Assembly: GCF_004010195.1 (NCBI RefSeq)
Contig: NC_057718.1
Location: forward strand, 75,856,801 to 75,920,800
Direction of reading: 5' to 3'
Length of the DNA stretch: 64,000 bases
Origin: Chiloscyllium plagiosum
Lineage: Eukaryota
Shown: positions 21,681 through 34,047 of the stretch, piece after piece
How the letters are laid out: each line of letters starts with the position of its first letter
How positions within the stretch are numbered: the first letter of the stretch is position 1
Notes under the pieces: generated by a model
Told to the model about the DNA's origin: nothing
The model's input: the letters and a program-made list of their open reading frames with translations, nothing else
The model's database searches: none
Made by a program: the position numbers and the translations under genes

Positions 21681-23125
21681 ATTTGTCAATTCTGCAATAT
21701 AAACCTGTATGCAGAAGGGAACAACACAACTTTATATACATTTGTGAAGCTAAATTACAATACAGAAGGCACACCATGTGAAGCAGAAGATATTAGTAAT
21801 TATGAAAGACTTCAGCATACCACAGGTGTGTTAAATAGAGAATTCAACTTTAGCTCAACCATAATCTCTTCTGGGAAAGGAAGAGCAAGTCCTTCAGTGA
21901 TATCCTTCAATAGTAGGCATTTGATTGTTTCACAGCAACCTAACCTGACGTCCAATGTCAAAAATGGGATCCCATCTCTGAAACCAAGCTGATATTATGG
22001 CAAAGTATTGCATCTAAGGCTGGAAGTCTGCAGTGCTCAAGAATTTCATACAATGTTAAACCAAACTACTGCGATCTTATTACTCTTCTGAATCTAAATT
22101 ATTTTACTATTCCAAAAACCATTGCATTTCCACAAGTAGGCAACGGAGCGAACACTTATTTCTAGCGAGTCAAGAGTTTAGCTTTCAAATTGATGTTGAT
22201 TTGACTTAGATGAGCAGCAGATTATTTTCTCATTTAGTGGAAAAATTGGATCCAAGCTTAGTCCCTTTATAAAAAGTGAATTAATTGTGAAGCATCCATG
22301 TACACTAATGTCAGACACCTTTTCTTCTATTACTCCTTTATTTAGGGTATGTTGAAAAAAAACTTAGCTAGTAATTTGAATGGAAGGGTTGTCTATGTTC
22401 AACTGGCTCATTCTGTACTGGGGCTTTTCGCATCAGAACCCATCCTATCTACATTCAGACTATTTAGACTATAGTTAGGAACTATTCTTTCGACTGTCCA
22501 CATTCTCTAGCAGTCACTGTAAACAATATCTCAAATAGCAGATTATGCGGGAAACCATTTTAGAGTCTTGCAAAGCAGGCTGAAGGAAGAAAAATTTAAT
22601 TTGTGTGTTCATGCCTTGAAACCACAAAACTTCAAAAGAGCAATCGTGAAGGAAATTCTGTGCCACAAAGATTCTCCAGTAGCCCAAAGTAACACTGCTT
22701 TAATAATTCAGAGCAAAATAGAAACATTAGAACCAAGAAAAAGGTCATTAAGCCCCTCCAGCCTTCTCTATTTCACTAGACGGTGACTTATCTGGGTCTC
22801 AGATCTGTTTTTTTAGCCAAGCTCCCTACTGGCTGCTACAGTTACCTAACAAAAATCTATTCATCTCAGCTCTTAACCATCGACAGACAACTGTTGGAGG
22901 ACAGAATTCATGATTGCTCGGATTTGAGAGATAAAAGCCTTCTCAATTTTGTTCCTAAGAGACCTGGCTGTAATTTTAATCCCATAACCATAAATGCGAC
23001 AACCTCTACCCTCATATTCTTTATGCTTCCATCAGAGGAAATAATTTCTTTAAAATGTTAAAAAGAAGATTTGGTAGGATTGGTAAACACCTTGACTCAC
23101 TCATTCCTCAAATCACTATATTCAG

Positions 23126-26100
23126 TCGAGGAATGAAGCAAAGGCTGCCGGGAAGGGTAAGTTTTCCCACTTAAAAAGGGATTTACCTCGGGGGTCAGGC
23201 CTCCATTTTGACAGAGCGGCAAGGAAAGGAGAGAAGGTGGAGTGAAGTGAGGGCTGCCGGGAAGGTAAGGGCTTAATTTATATTTGGGCAGTGGCTAAAC
23301 CCGAGATACTACACGTGTAGTATCGCCCTTCTGCCCCCCTCCAACCGGAAGAAAAAGACTCTGTCAGGTAAGGCTTTTATTTTTTTCTTTTTCATATATT
23401 TAAGTGCATTGTTTGGATTTAGTTAGTTCATATAAAGCTAAGCTTACAACGGCAGGGGACCCCAGACCCGTAGCATGTGCCTCTTGCTTGATATGGGAGT
23501 TAGGAACGTGTCTGATGTTCCTGACTCTTTCACTTGCAAGAAGTGTCCCCAGCTGCACCTCTTGTTTGACCGCATGACGGCTCTGGAGCTGTGGATGGAC
23601 TCAATGTGGAGCATCTGCGATGCTGAGGAGGTCGAGGATAGCACGTTTAGTGAACTGGTCACACCGCAGGTTAGAATTGCTGAGGGAGTCAGTGAATGGG
23701 TGACCAAAAGGCAGAAAAAGAGTAGGAAGGCAGTGCCAGTGTCCCCTGCGGTCATATCCCTCCAAAACAGGTATACTGTTTTGGATACTGTTGGGAGAGA
23801 TGGCTCACCAGAAGAGGGCAGCAGTTGCCAGGATCATGGCACCGTGGCAGGCACTGCTGTTCAGAAGGGCAGGAAAAAGACTCATAGGGCTTTGGTCATA
23901 GGAGATTCTATTGTGAGGGGAGTAGATAGGTGGTTCTGTGGCCAAAATAGGGACTCCCGGAAGTTATGTTGCCTCCCAGCTGCTCGGGTCAGGGATGTCA
24001 CCGATCGGCTGCAGAGCATTCTAAAAGGGGAGGGTGAACAGCCAGTTGTCTTGGTACATATAGGCACCAACGATGCAAGTAGAAAACAAGATGAGGTCCT
24101 GAAAGAAGAATTCAGGAAGCTAGGAGAGAAGTTAAAGAGGAGGACCTTAAAGTTAGTGATCTTGGGATTACTACCAGTGCCACGTGCTAGCCAGCGTAGA
24201 AATGAAAAAATAGGCAGGATGAACACATGGCGTGAGAAATCATGTTAGGAGGGAGAGGTTCAGATTTGTTGGACATGGGGACCGGTCCTGCGGAAGATGG
24301 GAATATTACAAAATGGACGGTGTACATCTGAACCAGACCGGAACCAATGTCCTTGGGGGAGTTTTTGCTACTACTGTTGGGAAGGTTTTAAACTAATGTG
24401 ACAGGGGACTGGGAACCAGAAGAGAAAACAAGTAGGCAGCGAGGTAGTGACTGTAAGAATCATGAAGATAGCGTTAATAAAAGGGAAGTGTCGGCAGAGA
24501 GCAGATGAGTGCAAAGAAACTGGTGGCTTGAAATGCATCTACTTTAATGCAAGGAATATAGTGTGCAAGACAGATGAATTTAGGGCTTGGATTGGTGCTT
24601 GGAAGTATGACGTTATTGCAATCACACAGACTTAGTTGAAGGAAGAGCATGATGATTGGCAACAAAATGTTCCAGGAAATCGACACTTCAGACAGGACAG
24701 GGAGGGAAGTAAAGAGGGGTGGAGTTGCATTGCTAGTCAAGGACGATATCACAGCTGTGCTAAAGGTGCACACTATGGAGGTCTTGGGTACTGAGGTATT
24801 ATGGGTGGAGCTAAGAAGGGTGCAGTTACATTGTTGGGGCTGTATTACAGGCCTCCCAACAGTGAGCGTGAGGTAGAAGAACGAATAGGTAAACAAATTA
24901 TGGAAAGATGTAGAAGCATCTAGGGTAGTGATGATGGGAGTTTTAATTTTCCCAACATTGACTGGGATACACTTAACATCAGAGCTCTGGATGGGGTAGA
25001 ATTTGTAAAAAAGCATCCAGGAGAGTTTTCTAGAGCAGGATGTCAATAGTCCAATGAGGGAAGGGGCCGTATTGGACCTGGTACTGGGGAACGAGCTGAA
25101 AATGTGTTGCTGGAAAAGCACAGGTCAGGCAGCATCCAAGGAGCAGGAGAATCGATGTTTTGGGCACGAGTCCTTCTTCAGGGCTCATGCCTGAAACGTC
25201 GATTCTCCTGCTCCTTGGATGTAGCCTGACCTGCTGCGCTTTTCTAGCAACACATTTTCAGCTCTGATCTCCAGCATCTGCAGTCCTCACTTTCTCCTAC
25301 TGGGGAACGAGCCAGGACTGGTGGTAGAAGCTGCGGTGGGGGATTCCTTTGGGAACAGTGACCACAATTCTGTACGTTTTAGAATACTTGTAGATAGAGG
25401 AGTGTGGTCCTAAGGGAAGAGTAGTAAACTGGGCCAAGGCCAATTATATCAAAATTAGGCAGGAGCTTGGAAATGTGGATTGGACACAGCTATTTGAAGG
25501 GAAGTCCACATTTGAGATGTGGGAGACTTTCAAAGATCGGTTAAAGGTAGTGCAGGATAGGCATGTCCCGTTGAAGGGAAAGGATAGGAAGGGCAAGATT
25601 CATGAACCGTTGAGGTCAGGTGAAATTGTACGACTAGCCAAGAGGAAAAGGGAAGCATATATAAGGTCTAGACAGCTAAGAACAGAACGGCCCTGGAAGA
25701 ATATAAGAGTAGGACAAGTCTTAAACAAGGAATCAAGCAGGCTAAAATGGGTCATGAAATAGCTTTAGCAAGCAGAATTAAGGAGAATCCCAAAGCATTT
25801 TATTCTTATTTAAGCAGCAAGTGGGTAACTAGAGAAAGGATTGGTCCACTAAAGGATAATGAAGGAAGGCTGTGTCGAACCAGAGAGAATGGGTGAGATT
25901 CTGAATTATTACTTTGCATCAGTGTTCACGGAGGAGAAGAACATGATGAATGTTGAGATTAGAGATAAAAGTTTGATTAGTCTGGATCACATTGACATAA
26001 GTTGGGAAGATGTGTTGGGTAGGCTAGAGGTTATTAAGGTTGACGAATCCCCAGGACCAGATGGGATCTATCCCAGTTGCTGAGGGAGGAGAGAGGGGAA

Positions 26101-27480
26101 ATAGCTGGAGCCCTGACATATCTTTGTGGCATCCTTGAATACAGGTGAGGTGCCAGAGGGTTGCTCATGTTGACCCCCTGCACAAGAAGGGTAGTAGAGA
26201 TATTCCGGGTAACTACAGACCAGTGAGCCTGACGTTGGTGGTAGGAAAGTTGCTGGAGAAGGTACGGAGGGATAGGATCTATTTATATTTAGAAAAGAAT
26301 GGGCTTAGTGATAGGCAACATGGTTTTGTGCGGGAGAGATCGTGCCTTAACAACTTAATAGAGTTCTTCGAGGAAGTGACCAAGTTGATAGATGAAGGAA
26401 GGGCTGTTGATGTCATATACATGGACTTTAGTAAGGCGTTTGATAAGATTCCCCATTGTAGACTAATGGAGAAAGTGAAGTCACATGGTGTGCAGGGTGT
26501 TCTAGCTTGGTGGATAAAGAACTGGTTGAGCAACACGTGACAGAGTAGTAGTTGAAGGGAGCTTCTTGAAATGGAGAAAGGTGACCAGTGGGGACTGTCA
26601 AAGAATACAGGAGGATATAGATAGACTGGAGAGTTGGGCGGAAAAGTGGCAGATGGTGTTCAATCCAGACAAATGTGAGGTGATACATTTAGGCAGGACT
26701 AATTCTAGAGCAAATTATATAATGAACGGAAGAGCCTTGGGAAAAGTTGATGGGCAGAGAGATCTGGGAGTGCAGGTCCACTGTACCCTGAAGGTTGCTG
26801 CACAGGTGGATAGAGTGGTCAAGAAAGCATATAGTATGCTTGCCTTCATCGGACGGGGTATTGAGTATAAGAGCTGGCAAGTCATGTTAACATTGTACAA
26901 GACATTGGTTCGGCCGCATTTAGAATACTGTGTACAGTTCTGGTCTCCACATTACCAAAAGGATGTGGACGCTTTGAAGAGGGTGCAGACAAGGTTTACG
27001 AGGACGTTGCCTGGTATGGAAGGTGCTAGCTATGAAGAGAGGTTGAGTAGGTAAGGTTTATTTTCATTAAAAAAAAAGGAGATGGAGGGGGGACCTGATT
27101 GAGGTTTATAAAATCATGAAGGGTATAGACAGGGTGGATAGAGACAAGCTTTTTCCCAGGGTGAAGGATTCAAGAACAAGAGGTCACGCTTTCAAGTTGA
27201 GAGGTAGAAAGTTTAAGGGGGATACACATGACAAGTACTTCACACAGAGGGTGGTGGGTGTCTGGAACGCGTTGCCAGCAGAAGTGGTTGAGGCAGGCAC
27301 GGTAGATTCATTTAAGATGCTTCTGGATAAATGCATGAGTAGGTGGGGAGCAGAGGGATACAGATGCTTAGGAATTGACCAACAGGTTTAGACAAGTAAA
27401 TTTGGATCAGCTCAGGCTTGGAGGGCCGAAGGGCCTGTTCCTGGGCTGTAAATTTTCTTTGTTCTAGATTATACATAATC
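23126..27480 (+). mobile_element. Near full-length, inactive CR1 LINE: 5' UTR, ORF1 (Zn-finger/zipper plus SGNH esterase), ORF2 (APE plus RT), 3' tail
   Basis: ORF 23475..24248 FTCKKC...LVIGDSIVRG...VLVHIGTND; ORF2 starts near LKCIYFNAR (~24530); RT ORFs 26145..26540 and 26566..27054; tail gggccgaagggcctgttcctgggctgta; possible TSD atattcag at 23118-23125 and 27481-27488. Confidence 0.93.
25097..25297 (+). mobile_element. Fold-back Penelope-like terminal element (family A) inserted in CR1 ORF2, 15-bp TSD
   Basis: TSD tactggggaacgagc at 25082-25096 and 25298-25312; inverted arms. Confidence 0.85.
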
Positions 27481-27644
27481 ATATTCAGCTGGAACATTGC
27501 TGACAATATCCATGGATAAATATAGAACTAGTACTTGCTTTCATTGAATCCCCAGATCAACTCCATAAAGTCTTTCTGGCGACCTGATTACAAACAAAAA
27601 TGTCTGATAATTACCATTTTTCACATTTAAAATGAAATTCAAAC

Positions 27645-27723
27645 CTGCATTGAACGCTTTATTTCCTCTTCTTTCTTCCTCTCCTCCTCCTCTAGTTTTC
27701 TCTTCAACTCCATTTCAGCTTTC
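27645..27723 (-). CDS. MYO6: Myosin VI exon 10/17 (79 nt): (L)KAEMELKRKLEEEERKKEEEIKRSMQ, SAH domain
   Basis: Acceptor ...ctttcactag, donor gtttga. Keeps frame between neighbouring exons. Phase 2-0. Confidence 0.94.
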
Positions 27724-28417
27724 CTAGTGAAAGCAGAACAGGAAGGTGACTAAGTCAAACGTTTTAAACACAATAATGTTGTGCTATTGAGAGAACAACA
27801 GGAGTAGCATCATAATAAATAAAAATGACATGAAATTCTGCTGGGAATACGTATTGTTGATGAGCTTCACACAAGAGTCTACTTTTAGGTATCTCGCAAC
27901 AAAATCAGTTGCAGAATTTTTGTTTGTTGTTTCACTTTTTAAGAAATGTCCTCCATATATCGACTAAATTTAAAAAAAAACACTGAATAGATCAGTATTT
28001 GTGGAACCAATGGTCACACACCCTTCTAATAGTACAAATCAAGTCAGTGTTTGATTTTCCTTTAACCTTACCAATAATACAAAATATATCCTATAATTAT
28101 TGGCATATCCAGTGCTAACTTAACATGAATTCTTCTTTGAATGGACCTCAGGTATCTGATTGAAAGATTAAATCTGCACTGAATGCCTCATGTCCATAAG
28201 TCTCTGATTTTGACAGTATTCAGTTTACTGATGGCTTAGATTACCATTGTTGAACATGTCAACAATGTCCCATGTTACCACTGATCAGAAACTCAACTGG
28301 ACTAACAATATAAATAATGGCACAGATCTTTGTAAAAGGAAATTCGTGTTGCAGCAGCACTAACTGTAGTTGGACAGAATAGAGAACTTCCAATGCAATT
28401 ACCTCCCTGGGAGTAGC

Positions 28418-30250
28418 ACTAGTAGGTACATCCACATACTGAATCAGAAAAACTTTGTACACACTTAACAAATTTCTCTCCATCTCAACCTTTAACACTA
28501 TGGCAGTCCCAGTCGATGTTTGGAAAGTTAAAATCCCCTCCCATAAACACCCTATTATTCTTACAGATAACGGAGATCTCCTTACAAGTTTGTTTCTCAA
28601 TTTTCCTCTGATTATTAGGGGGTCTATAATACAATCCCAATAAGGTGATCATCCCTTTCTTATTTCTCAGTTCCACCCAAATAACTTCCCTGGTTGTATT
28701 TCCAGGAATATCCTCCCTCAGCACAGCTGTAGTGCTATCCCTGATCAAAAATGCCACTCCCCCTCTTCTCTTGACTCCCTTTCTATCCTTCCTGTAGCAT
28801 TTGTATCCGGAACATTAAGCTACCAGTCCTATCCATCCCTGAGCCATGTTTCTGTAATTGCTATGATATCCTAGTCCCATGTTCCTAACCATGCCCTGAG
28901 TTCATCTGCTTTCCCTGTTAGGCCCCTTGCACTGAGATAAATGCAGTTTAATTTATTAGTCCGACCTTGTCCCTGCCTGCCCTGACTATTTGACTTACCT
29001 TTGTTCTCAACTGTACCAGTCTCAGATTGATTTCTTTCCTCACTATCTCCCTGGATCCCACCCCCCCACTTTACTAGTTTAAATCCTCCTGAGCAGCTCT
29101 GTCAAATCTCCCTGCCAGTCAATTAGTCCCTTTCCCATTTAGGTGCGATCCGTCCTTCTTGTACAGGTCACTCCTACCCCAAAAGAGATTCCAATGATCC
29201 AAAAATGCCAATCCCTCTCCCATACACCAGCTCCTCAGCCATGCATTCATCTGCTCTTTCCTCCTATTCCTGCCCTCATTAGCTCGTAGCACTGGAAGTA
29301 ATCCAGATAAAACTACTCTCGAGGACCTCCTTTTTAAATTCCTGCCTAACTCTGATCTCCCTTCAGAATCTCAACCTCTTCCCTTCCTATATTGTTGGTT
29401 CAAATGTGGACAATGACCTCCTGATGGCCCCGCACCCCTTGAGAACATTCTGCACCCTCTCCGAGACATCCTTGATCCTGGCACCAGGGAAGCAACACCA
29501 TTCTGATTTTTCGCTGCTGGCCACAGAAACCTCTGTCTGTACCTCAAACTAGAGAGTCCCCTAACCCAATGTACCTCTCATTACATTACAGCCAGTCTCA
29601 ATATCAGGAACTTGGCTGTTCCGATCGCTTAGAACCCAATGTACCTCTCATTACATTACAGCCAGTCTCAATATCAGGAACTTGGCTGTTCATGCTACGT
29701 TCCAGAGAATCCATCACCCCTCCAGACTTTTCCAAAATACCATACTTGTTTGAAGTGGGGATAGCCACAGAACTAGCTGCCTACCTCTCTTACCTTTCTT
29801 GGAGTTAATCCACTATGTGATTGTATCTGAGACATCCCCCCCACCCCCACCCCACCCTTCCTATAACTGCCATCCATCTATTCTCCTTGCTCTTATAAAT
29901 TTCTCATTGTCTCTCCAACTGCTCCATTCGATCAGATAGGATTCATAACGACATTTATTGCAGATATAATCCTCAGTAACCTGTAAACTCTCTCTATACT
30001 CCATATCTGACAACAAGAGCATATCACTCTACTAAAGACTTCTTTGCTTCTTTGAATCTATAGACCTGGAAAATAGCACTGTCTTATTCCTCTACAAAAC
30101 ACTACTCCAGGTTAAATTAAGACTTATGGCTTATATTTTAAGTTTAATCAAGAGACATAGCTCAATAAACATATAATCAAGGAAGAACCCACTCGACTCA
30201 TTACTGCAGACTTACTGTAAGGCCACACAAAATCTACTTATCTGTTTCTG
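28418..30250 (-). mobile_element. CR1 LINE 5' half (5' UTR, ORF1, start of endonuclease), 3' part missing
   Basis: ORF 28485..28757 EVIWVELRNKKG...GLYYRPPN...GDFNFPNIDW. 28419-28727 is highly similar to 674-982 (same subfamily). Confidence 0.88.
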
Positions 30251-30711
30251 TGCTATGACCTCTCCTAAATACCTTCTCTCAAAAGCTGTGCAAGTGGCTT
30301 TAAGTCCTTGAAATCCTGGAATATGTCTCAAACTGTCATAAAAGGGGTATGGTTTCAGAAGTGATCAACTTCACTGCTAGCTACATGGGCTCCTTGGCTA
30401 AGCGAGACTGCTTCAGCTGAGAAAGCTTCTGGTCTGTAAGTGTTTATGGGAGCTCCCCCAATGGTGAGTATTTTTGGACAGTTGTGACCAGTTGGAGTCA
30501 GAAATAAGGTCCTGATCCTGGCTGGAAGATCTGGACCAATATATTTACAACGGGTGGTCATAGCCTGGGAAATCCATAGCGAGTAACTCACCTCCAGTCC
30601 GTTCACCATCTACAAGGCATAAGTCAGTATGATGGAATATTCTACATTTGCCTAGATGAGTACAACTTCCCCAATACATGAACGTTTCAACTCCAACACC
30701 AGCCAGGACAA

Positions 30712-31030
30712 TGTCACTAGATAGTAATCCAGAACTCCAGGTTATGGTCTAAGGACATGGATTCAAAACCAAGGCAAATGGTGAAATTTGAAATGAGTAA
30801 GAATCTTGAATAAAAAGCTGGCCTTGCAAAAACAATATAACCACAGTCAATCATCATAAAAACTAATCTCATTCACTAAGGTTTAGGGAACAAAATATGT
30901 CATTCTTATATGATCATCCGATGTGTGACTCCTGATAGACAACATGTTTGACATTTAACTGCCTTCTGGGCAATTAAGAATGGCAATAAGTGCTGGGCCA
31001 GCTAGCTACACCCAAATGAACAATTTTTTT
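30712..31030 (+). mobile_element. SINE family 2 (related copies at ~57610-57810 +, ~57925-58230 +, ~62015-62340 -)
   Basis: Shared blocks gtcactag..agtaatccaga, tttagggaa, gtgactcc, gggcaatta.g.atgg.caataa.tgctggcc and an A-rich end. Confidence 0.65.
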
Positions 31031-31742
31031 AAAAAAAACTCTTGAAGAACAAGAGTGGAATAATAGGTACAACGCCACCAGCAGGTTCTCAGGCAAACAC
31101 CACGTAAAGTTGAATTACATAACGTAGAACAGTATGGCACAGCATAGGCTCTTAGGCCCTCGAAGTTATGCCGACCTTTTATCCTACACTAAAATCAAAC
31201 TAACCTACGTGCACTATATTTTACTATCATCCATTTACTATCCAAGAGTCGCTTAGATGTCCCTAATACATCTGACTATACAGAGACTGGTAGATGTGTG
31301 GATTGCACTGTTAGCAGTGGTGGTAAAGGATCTACCTCCGACATCATCACTAAACCTTCCTCTAATCACCTTGAAATTAAGCCCCCTCATCATAGCCATT
31401 TCCGCCGTGGGAAAAAAGTCTCTAGCTATTCACTCTAATTATGCCTCTCATTAGCTTGTACACCACCATCAAGTAATCTGTCATCCTCCTTTGCTCCAAT
31501 GAGAAAAGCCCAAGCTCACCTAAGCTTTCTTTATAAGACATACCCTCCAATCCAGGCAGCATCCTGGTAAATCTCCTCTGCACTCTCTCTAAAGTTTCCA
31601 CATCCTTCCTATAATGAGGCGACCAGAACTGAAAACAACATTGCAAGTGTGGTCTAACCAGGGCTTTATAGAGCTGCAGCATAACCTCGCGGCACTTAAA
31701 CTCAATGCCCCATTAGTGAAACTCAACACACCATATGCCTTC

Positions 31743-32869
31743 ATACTCATGGATTCCAGGGTGAAGTAGCTAGATGGATAGAGAACTGGCTGGGCAGCAG
31801 ACGAGAGAGTAGTTGTGGAAGGGAGTTTCTCAAAATGGACACGTGTGACCAGTAGTGTTTCCACAGGGATCCGTTTTGGGACACTATTGTTTGCGATATA
31901 CGTAAGTGATCTGGAGGAAGATATAGGTGGCCGAATTAGCAAGTTTGTAGATGACACTAAAATTGGTGGAGTAGCAGATAGTGAAGGGGACTGTTGGAGA
32001 ATGCAGCAGAATATAGATAGGTTGGAGAGTTGGGCAGAAAAATGGCAGATAGAGTTCAATACCGGTAAATGCGAGATGATGGAGTTTTGAAGATGCAATT
32101 CAAGAGTGAGCTACATGGCAAACATAAAAGTCCTGGGGAAAATTGATGTAGAAAGATCTGGGTATTCAGGTCCATTGTACCCTGAAGGTGGCAATGCAGA
32201 TTGATACAGTGTTCAAGGCGGCATATGCAAGCTTTCCCTTGCCAGATGGGGTATTGACTACATGAGTTGGCAGGTCATGTTACAGTTGTATAGCACTTGG
32301 GTTTTGCCACATTTGGAATACTGTGTACAGTTCTGATCACCACATTATCAAAAGTATCTGAATGTTTTGGAGAGGGTGCAGAGGAGGTTCATCACAATGC
32401 TTCCCTGTATGGAGGGCACTAGCAATGAACAGAGATTGAGTAGATTAGGATTATTTTCATTAGAAAGATGGAGGTTTAGGGGGGATCTGATTGAGGTCTA
32501 CAAAATCATGACTGGTATAGACAGGTTGGATAGCAAGCAGCTCCCCCCCCGCCCCCCACTCCCTACAGAGTGGGAGACTTAATTACTAGGGGTCATGAGT
32601 TCAAAGTGAGGGGAAAAGTTTAAGGAGATATGCATGGTAAGTTCTTTATGCAGAGGGTGATGGATGCTTGGAACACGTTGCCTGGGGAGATGGTAGAGGT
32701 GGGCACAATTGAGTCATTTAAGAGGCATCTAGACAGATACATGAATGGGCAGGGAGCAGAGGGATACAGGTCCTTAGAAAATAGGTAACAAGTTTAGATA
32801 GTGGATCTGGATTGGCACAGGCTTAGAGGGCCAAAGGGCCTGTTCCTATGCTGTAATTTTCTTTGTTCT
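31743..32869 (+). mobile_element. 5'-truncated CR1 LINE nested in the minus-strand CR1
   Basis: ORF 31815..32090 (KFVDDTKIGG...EKWQIEFN); tail gggccaaagggcctgttcctatgctgtaattttctttgttc. Confidence 0.9.
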
Positions 32870-33773
32870 TTAACAACACTAACAACTTGGGTGGCAACTT
32901 TGAGGATCTATGGACATGGATCCCAAGATTCCTCGGTTTACCTTCACTGTCAAGAATCCTGCCTTTAACCCTGTATTCTGCATTCAAATTTGACCTTCCA
33001 AAATGAATCAGTTTACACTTTTCTAGGTTGAACTCCATCTACCACTTATCAGCCCAGCTCTGCATCCTGTTAATGTCCCAGTGCAATCTACAACAGCCCT
33101 CCACACTCTGCACAACTCAGCAAACTTGCTAACCCACCATTCCACTTCCTCATCCAAGTCAGTTATAAAAATCACAGAAGCAGAGGTCCCATAACAGACC
33201 CCTGCAGAACACTACTGGTTACCGAGCTACAGACTGAATACTTTCCACCTACTACTACCTTATGTCCTCTACGGCCAGCCAATTCTATATCCAAACAGCC
33301 AAATTTCCCTGTATCCCATGCATCTTTACTTTCTGAATGGGCCTACCATGGAGAATCTTATCAAATGCCTTGCTAAAATCTATACATACATCCACTGCTC
33401 TACCTTCAACAATGTGTTTTCTCACATCCTCAAAGAATTCAATAAGGTTTGTGAGACATGGTCTGCCCCTCTCAAAGCCATGCTGCCCATCTCTAATCAA
33501 ACTACGCTTTCCCATAAATCCTGTGTCTCAGAATCCTCTCCAATAACTAGCTCACCACAGGTGTGATATCGACTGATCTCTAATTCCCAGGATTATCCCT
33601 ATTCCCTTTCTTGAAAAAGGGAACAACATTTTCATTTACAAATCATCTGTGACAATCACTCCAGTGGACAGTGATGACACAAAGGTTGTTGCCAAAGGCA
33701 CAGCAATCTCTTCCTTCACTTCCCATGGTAACCTTGGATACACCCCATCTGGCCCAGGGGATTTATGTTCTTT

Positions 33774-34047
33774 CAGAACTCTATCAACACTCACATTGAC
33801 TTGGACCCGATTTACCACCCCCTGAGAAAAAGAACAGGAAATGACATCACCACAGGAAATGACATCACCAACCCAAAGAAATCCAAACAAAAAAATAGAA
33901 AGCAGACATCAGCCGCAATGCTTCGTCTGGAGGTCACTGAAGATGTTACCTAGCATGGTGACAAAATCTCTGAAAATGAACCTCTAGCTCCATGAGTAAA
34001 CCGACATCCAGAACCTCAACCTGATCTACAAATCTTCTCAAAACTCG
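33774..34047 (+). mobile_element. Penelope-like element 3' end (family C) with decayed hammerhead
   Basis: ORF 33765 NSINTHIDLDPIYHPL resembles a PLE ORF C-terminus; ctgaaga-tgttacc-tagcat-ggtgac-aaaa at 33937-33966. Confidence 0.7.

Noticed and set aside
23475..24248. 257-aa ORF as a host SGNH esterase gene
   Set aside because: It is CR1 ORF1, ends at a premature stop before the DGVHL motif and is embedded in the LINE.
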